Positions 33,551 to 44,200 of a stretch of DNA of 64,000 bases are shown in pieces. The stretch comes from Oopsacas minuta (Eukaryota; Animalia; Porifera). Position 1 is the first letter of the stretch; every line of letters starts with the position of its first letter. A program made the position numbers and the translations under genes. Location of the stretch: the NCBI GenBank assembly GCA_024704765.1, contig JAKMXF010000001.1, positions 1-64,000 of the forward strand, read 5' to 3'. The notes under the pieces were generated by a model that saw only the letters and a list, made by a program, of their open reading frames with translations, had not been told where the DNA came from and searched no databases.

Positions 33551-34930
33551 TTAAAAGAATTGTAGTTTGTGACAATCCTTCCGGTCCACTACAACAATAC
33601 GACCCTCCTCGTCAAAATGTCAATGCCAAGATGTTTATAGAATTCTCCAGGTCCTGTCCCTTCATGTCCAATAGTAGTCACAATATGTCCCTCAATAGAG
33701 ATTACTTTAATGTTATGAGCTCCCATGTCACTAACAACAATGTTCTGATGTCTGTCTAGACAGATATGGGAAGGATTAGTGAGTAGTTCCTGTGACGCAA
33801 TCACTTGAAAGATGTTCCCATCTCTTGAAAATGATTGTATGAGAGAGTCACACTTAAACAGGACTACGAATAGAGATGGAGTTGTTCTTAGGCGCCTTAG
33901 CCTTGTGTCTTGTGTTAAGTGAGGAGAGTTAAGTACTGTTATCTTGATTATACTCAAATCCTCCAAACTGTGATGAGCTATGTGATTAACTTCACGCATT
34001 CCTGTATACAGTGTATCTACGTCAGCTGATATACAGGATATGCTATATTCTGTTTCTACTTTACACATTATTTCTCCTGACACTTTCTCCAGCTTGTAGA
34101 TACCATCTGGAAGTAAACATTTAACAAACAGCTGATGAGGTGTTACAACTATATCAGAAGGAAAAGATATTCCTTGTAGCTTAACGGTCCTCGTATAAGA
34201 GCCATCATTACAGAACACCTGAATCCTACCAAGCAAATAATCACACACATAAATATCTCCGTTACTTCTATCTATTGAGAGACAAAGAGGAGCTAATATC
34301 TCATCACTTCCCTCTCCATACATGATGCCAGACCACACTGGTTTGTGTCTGTTCACGCAAGACACTCCTTCAACTACGCGACATAATGCTGCCATGCCAC
34401 CTTCCAACCACCCGTCATGCCATTCGAGCCACACAGATGAAACCCGATCAATAATCGCCTCCAGTCCTTGGATTTCATTGTCTAGCTCTCTTGACACATC
34501 TACCAAATTAACATTCAACTCATTGTATACCAAATTTTGTGTCACCTCAGCTTTGGTGATTCGCAGCTGATCCAATTTGTTTTGCCTGTCCACCACTTTA
34601 GCATCTGTCACACAGACCACTTCATCTAGTTGTGCCTCCACTTCTAGATGTTTCTCCCGTAGCACACGGAAATAGAACTGAAATCTGGCTCGGAGTTCTT
34701 CTTTCGCCATCAACACCTCTCTTCTAAGCCTTTCCAACTCTCTAGCTGTCTCTTCTTGCATACCAGCGCCAAATTCAGTACCATGTTCCTCAAGATATTT
34801 CTTGTGAGCACTATTCTTATACTCTTTTATGCAACTAATCTACTCTTCTACAATCCGCTTACACCACAGAACATACTGTACACTTAGTTACAGGTAGTCA
34901 CTGATCTCTCTAACATACACTACACACTCT
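33551..34930 (-). pseudogene. Coiled-coil + NHL-repeat (TRIM-NHL-like) gene with lesions
   Basis: 390-aa residual ORF. In-frame TAG upstream of the ATG (EE*ISCIKEY) and Cys-rich remnants with stops further 5'. The natural-looking C-terminus DEEGRIVVVDRKDCHKLQFF* is in another frame. Confidence 0.7.
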
Positions 34931-36060
34931 AGCAACCTACGAAACGATTTATTATTATAGAATTGATTTAATCGATTGAATATAGCACTAAACAATATTA
35001 TGAGTAGTAAAATATATAAGTGATAGTTCCATATTTCAATTCGGTGTTATAATGAACCAATCGCCTTTGAAAGGCTCGATCACTTCATCTTCAGTTAGTA
35101 TAACTATTTTGAACTATTTGTATAGTTCTTACATTTGAGACTTGTTGACAGGGGTGTAATCCTAAGTATAAAAGTAAGGGAACGCTCCAAAACACTGCCT
35201 CTTCCACTGAATTTGCGCCTCTTATGTGGTATAATCGGCGGCTTTGATGTCCTAGTTTTCCAGGCTTGTCTACACTGACATCTTATGAAATACAAGATAT
35301 TTAAACTAAATATGTAATATTCAAAGTAAAAAGCATGGAAGCTACCATATTTAGTACTTTTTAGCTGAAAATCGAAGGAACATAAGCATTTCCACATGTA
35401 AACGATTCTTACATAAAAATTGGATAATACAAACTATACTACTAAGCAATAAAATGTTGGCTATAATGTTGAACACAATTTCTAAACTGAAAAATATAGT
35501 TAAATAATCCAATATTTACAAAAAGAAGCGCATTCACGTTCCCCCATTCTCCCTCCAATACGCCCCTGAAGTGAAGTATATAATAGTGAGCTGTGATATC
35601 ATGTTGTAAATGTTCATGTAACGAGCGAGCGGGGTCTTATATAATCGCTGAGATGGTCTCCTGTTATGAAGATGATAATCCAAGCTGAAGATTTCCATAA
35701 AGAATTCAGATTTTTTGAAATGCTGGTTTTATTGAGACTTGGCTGGTCCGCTGGTTTGGCCAACCAAATGCTGGTCACTTGGGGTCTATGTAATAATTTC
35801 ATTAATATTCCATAATATACTATAAATATATCAACTTGAGGTTATTTCTGACACAAAATCAGAGTACATGGAAGAGGTCACACTAAACACGGAAGTTATT
35901 CTACTTTAATAATTGTGTCAGTTCAGCAGTTTTGGCTACAAACCATTAATTCTATTAGAATCTATAAATTAAATTTTGATAACAAAACAATAATCTAAAC
36001 GAACTCAAACAAATTCCAACATTTATGCGGTAGATATGAGCAACAGTTGTATCCAAATAT

Positions 36061-36720
36061 TCTCACATGTAGGAAAACACCTCAACATATTCGGAGATCA
36101 ACACCTGAAACAGCCATGGGGTATCCTAATCCATGAGGATAGCATTTATGTCACGGATATAGGTCATCACGCTATCTTTCAATCCAGCTACCAGACCTAA
36201 CAATGATAAAGCAAGTAGGTTAGGAAAGTTCTGGCAGTACAGAGTTCAATACTCCTGGACAACTCTTCATCTCTCCCAATCAACACCTTGATGTCCCAGA
36301 TAGAAACAACAACAGACTCCAAATTCTAAAAACTAATCTGGAATTCAAGGACTCGCAACATCACGAATGTCTAAACTTGTTGATGTAAAGTTCTCAAACA
36401 ATGAAATGTTTGTGTTGAGCTCTAGAGAGTATCCGTGTATTCATGTGTTTACGCTCTCAGGCGAGAAGTCCCGCTCCTTACTAGGTACCAGAGGTTATGA
36501 AACACTAGTGATCGGAACATTTTTCTTCTGCCTAGACGGAAAAAATAACATTCTCATTAGCGACTTGACAGCTAACATAATTAAAGTATTATCACCAGAA
36601 GAAGACATCCTATACACGATAGGACAGAGTAGACATGGCGCTGGAATTTTTTACGTCCTTTTTGATATTGAATACACAAACAAAACTCGTTTGAGTTTCT
36701 GAAAACAAGAGTTTTTGTTT
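36061..36720 (+). pseudogene. NHL-repeat family pseudogene fragment
   Basis: LKQPWGILIHEDSIYVTDIGHHAIF, frameshift, LPDLTMIKQVG*, EFNTPGQL..DRNNNRLQIL, frameshift into track ORF 36367-36702 (VDVKFSNNEMFVL..FFCLDGKNNILISD). Confidence 0.75.
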
Positions 36721-37123
36721 ACAAATATTTTGTAATTAATTTGCAATTTTGTATTGACTGTCTGTGTTCTCAATGGAGTATAGGAGACAAAGAATAACCT
36801 TCAAATATCCTATCTATATTAGATTACTATGTAAATTCCAAATATCGAAATTGTGTATTGATATCACTACAAAGTTGACATAAGTAATTCTCAAGAAGAC
36901 GGCCCATATTGGCTATGTCTGACTAGCTTGTTAATTAGGGAGGAGACAGACAATATTATAAATCCATCTGCTCTATCTAGAATATCTCCCAGTACAAAAT
37001 GTCAACGCAAATACTAAATATATAATTGAATTCCGAAATAATTCAATTTACAATTTGCATATCTAAGTTCAGACATTAAAAGTATGCAAATATTTAATTT
37101 ATAACCATATATCGACTGAGCAG

Positions 37124-37690
37124 TTACATACAACTACAACTAGACTTCTTCTTGCTTTTCTTTACAAGAATTTTGGTCTGATCTCTAATCTCAGTAATTA
37201 GCGTGGTGAACACTTCGTCTACGTTAATATTGTATTTAGCTGACGTCTCAATGTAAGATGCCTTTAATGCTCTCGCAAGTATCTCTCCCTCCCCCATCTG
37301 AACAACTCTGTGCTGTGATAGATCTGATTTATTAGCTACGATAACAACCGGCAATGACATGCTATCATCCATGCGTCTAGCTGTTCGTATACACTGATAA
37401 GTCTTCTTGACTCTAAGGAATGACTCTCTGCTGGTGATGTCATAGACAATAATGAAGCTATGTCCTTGTGTGTAATACATGGACCGAGTTAGATTCTCTT
37501 CTCCCTTGCCGTCCGTATCAATAATGTCCAGTTTATACATGAAATGCTCGTACGGTACATTAGTACTGTACGTGTCCTCTATCGTGTGTATGTATGAGAG
37601 AGGGAACTCTTCTCCGATATATCTTTTCAAGAGAGCAGTTTTTCCAACTTCTCCTATTCCGAGTACAATCACACGATAACATGTAGACAT
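37124..37690 (-). CDS. Ras-family GTPase with non-canonical G1/G3
   Basis: GIGEVGKT, effector YIHTIEDTY, DTDGKG, NKSD, ETSAK, polybasic tail KKSKKKSSCSCM. Confidence 0.87.
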   Translation of the reverse strand: MSTCYRVIVLGIGEVGKTALLKRYIGEEFPLSYIHTIEDTYSTNVPYEHFMYKLDIIDTDGKGEENLTRSMYYTQGHSFIIVYDITSRESFLRVKKTYQCIRTARRMDDSMSLPVVIVANKSDLSQHRVVQMGEGEILARALKASYIETSAKYNINVDEVFTTLITEIRDQTKILVKKSKKKSSCSCM

Positions 37691-38118
37691 TGTTCAATTG
37701 TAGAGTTGGGCATTGTCCTCCTTATAAATTTATGATATTGAATGATATGATATTTGATCCTACTCATAAACATACTATAAATATTCAGAAAGAATGTATG
37801 GATTAATTAGAGATTACACTCTAATTCATTGAAATAATGCAAAAATATTAAAATTGGTTTTGAGGGTGGATTTGAGAGGTATGACTATACAAATTAGATT
37901 ATCATACCCTCTAAGTATGATCCGGAGTACCTTGGAGTCATGCAATTAATTAACTGAATTAGGCGTATGAAAATTGACAGGAGGAGCATCAGAAGCGTAC
38001 TCCCAAATCCTATATATCTCTCTGCTTGTAGTTGTAGGAGTGTCTGAGTCAGGAGAAGAATTTAGCCCAACTAAATGTAATACACATTAACAACTATATC
38101 TTATAATAATTTAATATA

Positions 38119-38311
38119 CAATCTAACTTCTATGACATCCACTGAGGGGACTGGCCAAAAGTGGCCGTGAGAAATTTGAAGTTAATGACCGTATATAGAG
38201 GTAGTTATAGAAATGCCGTTATAAACAGACTCAATTCGTGTGAGGGTCCAGAAATGGTGGCCGCTGCCTGCAGATATTGCTATAAAAGGTGGCGGTTAAG
38301 CTACTTTACTG
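38119..38311. mobile_element. Degenerate Tc1/pogo-like MITE
   Basis: Right end reads TA-CAGTAAAGTAGCTTAACCGCCACC on the minus strand; left end TA-CAATCTAAC is poorly conserved. Confidence 0.3.
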
Positions 38312-38369
38312 TATTTAAATAGTACGATATAACAATTCAATACAAATGACAAAATATAGCAGTATTAAT

Positions 38370-39533
38370 TTATACGTACTCACATTCACTAGAAAGGTCT
38401 TCACATTTTCTGAATAGGGTGCATACGCCCAACGTATCCCAAATATACACAAACGTATTCTCATCTGCTACATACATTGTTCCAGGACAAAAGCATGATG
38501 ATAAATAACCAAAATCGGCTATTTGTCCCTCTCCAGTGTAACTAACGATGAATTTCTTAGGGTAGAGATCTGAATCCAAGCTACAAAGAATCCTTCCTCC
38601 CCGTGTGATATCAACATACACTGGTGTTTTTGTGTTCAGTTTATTCAAATGCTGACATCTAATTGAAATCTTGTCTCCAGGGATGTTGCTGTCCCCAGCT
38701 AGTTTCCTAACAAATATCATTCCATCTTGGTAGTAGACTAGTAGTAGCTCAATCCCATGTATAAAATAGTCACCTCTGTACACGCCAGGTGACAACAGCT
38801 GTGGTTCATCGGTATGTACTTTACACACAACTACCTTGGTTAAGTTAAGCTCACAGGTAGTATTATTATAGGATGAGTTGAGGTCTGAATATCTGTCAAT
38901 ACTGTATACATCCCGTGAGCCGAGGTCTTTGAGTTTAGGATTGTTGATTTCACATACGAGATTCTTACAAGCAGACTTACTCAACCGGATAATTTTGAGA
39001 GGGTCTACTCTCTCTCCCTCTTCAAATCTTCCTGAGCACGAAAATGTTACATTTCTCTTAGAAATTTTAAAAGAACTATCGTAGAGAGAGAATTTCGCAA
39101 TTTCGTGATACTCAAGTGGATTATTCATAAATTTAACATGTCTTAATCCTGGCATTTTTCCGATGAATTCTAATGGGTTAGTTGATGATTGAGCTATGCT
39201 TATTACTATGTTGTAAGGATCAAGATGGAGAACCCATAAACCTCGTAATTGGCATAGAAAATAGTAATATTTGTGGTACAGAGATTTGTTTGAGAGATCA
39301 GGAAGGAGATGAAATACACTTACATCGCGATACCGATATGATATAATGTATTTCCAAATAATATCAGTGTTACAGAGTACATAGAGTTCTTTACAACAAA
39401 CTGATAAAGCAGATAAAGATCTTGGAGTACATACGATAACAATTTTAATGAGAATATCTCGAGGAAGCTCCAACAACAGTAGAGGTTTGTGAGCAGGATT
39501 TTGCTTAACTAATTCAGAATTTGACTCTGCCAT
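38370..39533 (-). CDS. FBXO31: F-box only protein 31-like
   Basis: N-terminal F-box (LLELPRDILIKI..L..LSVCCKEL...C..D.IWK); PGVYRGDY..HGIELL, KLAGDSNIP, GEGQIA..G, FVYIW. Confidence 0.8.
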   Translation of the reverse strand: MAESNSELVKQNPAHKPLLLLELPRDILIKIVIVCTPRSLSALSVCCKELYVLCNTDIIWKYIISYRYRDVSVFHLLPDLSNKSLYHKYYYFLCQLRGLWVLHLDPYNIVISIAQSSTNPLEFIGKMPGLRHVKFMNNPLEYHEIAKFSLYDSSFKISKRNVTFSCSGRFEEGERVDPLKIIRLSKSACKNLVCEINNPKLKDLGSRDVYSIDRYSDLNSSYNNTTCELNLTKVVVCKVHTDEPQLLSPGVYRGDYFIHGIELLLVYYQDGMIFVRKLAGDSNIPGDKISIRCQHLNKLNTKTPVYVDITRGGRILCSLDSDLYPKKFIVSYTGEGQIADFGYLSSCFCPGTMYVADENTFVYIWDTLGVCTLFRKCEDLSSECEYV

Positions 39534-39606
39534 TTACAAATTCCATTCTACTAAAGAAATACGTATATATGAAATATAAGGAGGTTTATAACCTAGTAAT
39601 GAGCTA

Positions 39607-40413
39607 CAGTAGAACTCTCTTAGTACGTTCCGGGCATGGGCAGTTCCGGCCTAAGCTTTACTCCGGTTAGTATGTAGTACAGACAATTCGATACGGACAT
39701 ATCGCTATGCAGAGTTCCATAAGGACAGTTCGCTACTGGATAATTCGCTACACGGGAGACGAATACATGAATTAGACAGCTGACCCAGTCAGGCTTGTCC
39801 ATAGGTCCTACATAGTCAGGCCTTGTATAAATATGTGAGGTCAAGTCAGGTCAGGTAGGTCAGGTCTCAAGATTAATCAGATCAATTAACAATCAATTAA
39901 CAATCAATTAACTACAATTAATCAACATAGGAACGGGGAAACCATACACCAAGGGACGGACACACTGCCAGTATATATTTTGACAAAAGCCTATTACATT
40001 GAAGATATATCATACTCGAAACTAGTTAACCGTATTAGGGAAGTAATTCAATTCTATTTACGAGTTAATTAGTGACAGGATTAGCAAGGTAAGATTATTA
40101 GAGTCCCTGAAGCCTGAAAATGAGCTGTAAATGACGTAAAAATGACCTGCAAGTTGCTCAAATAATTTAGTCAGGTTTGGTCAGGTCATAACCAAAAATA
40201 TTCACGGGGAACGTTCTTCACTGTGACACCGGTATGCTAGTATAGAGTATACCCGGATATATTCCAGGAGGGGATAATCTGGGTTTGCAATTTGGTCTAG
40301 CTGGGCTAAATTTATCAGGCAATTATGGTCCGGGTTGATTTGGGTCTTATCAACAAATTTCTGATTTTTCGTAAGTGTCCGTGTAGCGAAGTGCCGTATC
40401 CCGAGTTCTACTG
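39607..40413. mobile_element. Non-autonomous DNA transposon, 807 bp, possibly composite
   Basis: TA-flanked perfect 11-bp TIR CAGTAGAACTC; internal inverted TTCGCTACACGG motifs, (G)TCAGG arrays and an AATCAATTAAC x3 tandem. Confidence 0.65.
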
Positions 40414-40892
40414 TACATATATGGCAATTATAACAAATACTCTGTTTGATACGTAGGTTATTCCATAACCCATATGATTATAAAATGCAACGTTGTGGAA
40501 TATTGTAGGGTATATTCCAGTAAATTGACTAACTATACAAATTTTGTAAATTACAGTATTAATAAGTATCCACAAACCATAAATATACATTATGGTAAAA
40601 ACATTATTAAACTAGGTTTGTTATTTGCAAAGTGCAGACCGAAAGATTAACATTTTTAGTTGATTATTCAATCTGTCGAGCACATATCTCCCTGAAAATA
40701 GTATTGGATAGATTATGTAGAGATTACAGAGGAAATAATACATTTTAAAAGTACAGCAATTCTTTTGATTTCCTAGGTTCCAAATTGTATCTAGTCAACT
40801 TCTGATAGCGTAAGTTTGGGGAAATAAGTAAATTAGTCTGACTTATATTTGGGATTCATAATTTAGGATTATTAGTAAATTTATCTCTGTTG

Positions 40893-40896
<4 letters not shown>

Positions 40897-40935
<39 letters not shown>
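40897..40935. repeat. (TTA)n microsatellite
   Basis: About 13 uninterrupted TTA units. Confidence 0.95.
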
Positions 40936-41283
40936 GTCTCTACCTCGGAATAGGATGGAAGACTTCCTGTGATTATAATCTCTCACACAAATTGACAATT
41001 TGGAATTATAAACACAATATAACCAGAGAGGAGGATAGACCCATTAGATAGCAGACTAATTACTCTATTTTCAATATTTACTACCCAGCACTGATATATG
41101 TATTGTATCATTTGTATGTATTCAGTGTTTCTCATGGCTAACTAGACAGAACAGTGCAGATAGTCTACACACATAAATGTATATAAACCAAATTAGATAC
41201 ACACTTGTAATAATATAATTCTTGATTTACTTCTTCATTTCTAACTACAAATTTGTAAATATTGTTATTCCGATATTAATAAA

Positions 41284-44200
41284 ATGGGACAGCAAATATT
41301 TCTCCTAACTGGACTTCTTTTGCTACAATTATTATTCTACAGAAACACAAACGGATTAGAACAATCAGGTGAGAGTTTAAAATCCAATTTTATTTATACG
41401 CGTATAAGACATAAATAATAATATTACATAAATTTGTAATTAAATATAGTAATTTCTTTACAGATATCCATATTTGCAATATATAATTTGAAGAGGTCCA
41501 ATGTGCCTATTTCTTATAGTTAGAAAGTGGATAAGGTAGTATCATAAGTGTAGGATTCTATTCAGCATGAGGCAGATAGTATCTGTACATCTGCATATTG
41601 CCATAATAGAATCAAATGACATCCATAAACTTATCTCAGAACCTGCAAACACCACACTTGTCTGAATGTCAGAGCTTTCTCATTTGCTGTTTGGCATTTT
41701 CATTTCCTAATTTAGATTGACGTGTTAAGTTGAGAAATCGATCAACAAATAGAGAAATTCACCATGTAGCCAGTCTATTGTTCGCCCCCGGTATCCTTAA
41801 GTTGATCATAGATAAACATTTTCTAGACAGAATACATTTACAGGAGAATATACTTTATAAGAAAGTATAATTAACAATCCAAAACCAAATTGAGCTATCA
41901 AGTACTGTATTCTACAAATAATAAATGCAAGTTAGTTTATTCAATACAAATATTCTCTTCAGAATTAACTATTGAGTACGTATTAATGCGAAAATGTAAA
42001 ATTCAGATTTCTTTCGTATTAAGAACTAGGTAATTAGGGATCTATGCTTGAGTATAATATTCATGGACAGGGTCGAAACAAAATATTCAACCATATGTGT
42101 TTGGTACATATTTTAAGTTCAAATTGCCAAAATGCTATCTATGTTGAACCTGAATTCACATACTACGAGTGACAACACGCCAAACTTCAAGAATGTCATT
42201 TGATTATTAGGGAGCAGATTACGAATAACTAATAAAATACAGTATTCAGGTGGAAAGGATAAATTCATATTGAGTTCTATTTTGAAAACAAAGCCAAACA
42301 TTGTTTGTCATTGAGACCAACAACTTAAATCTGATAATAAAGATATGCCATGTGATTACTGGATACGATAAACAACACTTGTACACTGGTGTGGTAATTA
42401 CTGTACATACTACATAGGTTTTGTGGAAAATTGAACTTAATGAAAAGCTTAAATGGAGTTAGGACGTGTATGTACAATTTTAATTACGCTTAAGCAATCA
42501 ATATTAAAGTGGTATTTGACATGTTTAGTTTAATCTTGATTCTACATAGAAGATATAAATAAGTGAATTTATCGAATAAATATAAGTATAAATCTATAGA
42601 ATTTCATCAGTTCGAGAATACTTTACGAGAAGTTCGTAATTCTTCTCAACTAACTGAACCGCTTCTTCTACAGTATCAAAGTATTCAACATATTTCAGCT
42701 GGCGTCGATCGGAAGAACCCTTCATTAGCTCCCAAGAGGTCTCTAGCACAACCTGCCAAGGATCCCTACACGCGATTATAGCTCTAGGAAATCCTGGGAC
42801 AGAATATAGAGCATCTACTGTTGTCATCCCCAATCCTACTAAGAGCTCTGCGAGAGTACCCACTCCACCTGGCATTGCTATTAAGATGGATGAATCCTCC
42901 ACCAATTTATCCGTCCTTTGGTTGAGACCATGAGTTACATACCTCTTTGACATACTCTTGTTTCCTTTAATATTTCGGAAGAATAGAGTTGGTGATAGTA
43001 TTCCTTCTGACATGTACTCGCCACTGCATTTCTTTTCTCCTATAATTGCGCCAGAATTAGCAGCTTCCATTATCCCAACATAGGCTCCTGTAATCACTTT
43101 AAATCCCTTAGAAGCAATTGACAATGCTATCTCGTGAGCTATCTTATAAGCATGTACATCCGGTTTGGTGTCTCTACCCCCGAATATAGCTACTCGTTTA
43201 GGAGGAGTCCTTACAGCATATCTCATGTCTGTTAGACGTAGTATATCCAGAAAGCGACTCTCCTCATATACACTGAGAGATCCTATCTTGTAAGCATTGT
43301 GTATGAGCTGACTAGCTTCATTGAGATTTATAGATAATGTTCTCATAATGTCTGAGAGAGGTTCTGTGTCAATAGATTCTCTACTCAAGCAGAAACAGAT
43401 CCCTCTTCCAAAGAGCAAATGTAATATATTACTAACTACTTCTAACTCATTCTGTTTGACTGATAATGTGAGTTTGTAATGAGATGGAAGTTCATTGAAA
43501 ATGTCTTCCAATTCCGCCTGACTAACTGTAGATAAATCTTGTAATAAGATTCTGTTAGTTGGGAGAATAGGAAAATCATTTGTAGACAGTTTTACCAACT
43601 GTTCAGCTCTAATCACTATACATGATATTTGAGCACCACTTCCTTGTAACTCCTCAATAATTTCATTGGAATGTTGTATAGTTTCAAAATCTACACAAAA
43701 CCCTGCGAATAGGTCACGCCAGAGCTTAGAGATAGATAAGTTTAATTTCAAATTGAGTGAATTTGGGTATTTACAAACGAATCTACATCCTGTAGTGAGT
43801 GAGCTCATTTTCTGAGAACATATTTGACGTATTTTGCTAAACGTTCTATCCAACTCCCCTTCTGACGTCAGGAGACTAAGATCTTTGAGTAGGAATTCAG
43901 TATACAATAGTTTGTGATAAAGGACATTCCTTTAGGTATTCTTGTAACCAAGTTGAGAATGCTTTGTCACTCTGGACGAATGCGGGTGAGATGTATAACT
44001 CTAATTTTGGAGCAGTCCACAGATAGAAGTTTACTCTATCTTCTATTTTAATGGGTTTGATAGCCATTTGTTGAATACGAAACTTGGTTAATTTCGTAGA
44101 GCTAATGTATGATTGTTAGTTACAAACTTACAATACGCAAAATACATGTAGCTGAAGTTGTGCTGTAATTCGTATTAGAACTATACAATGCTGTCAGCGA

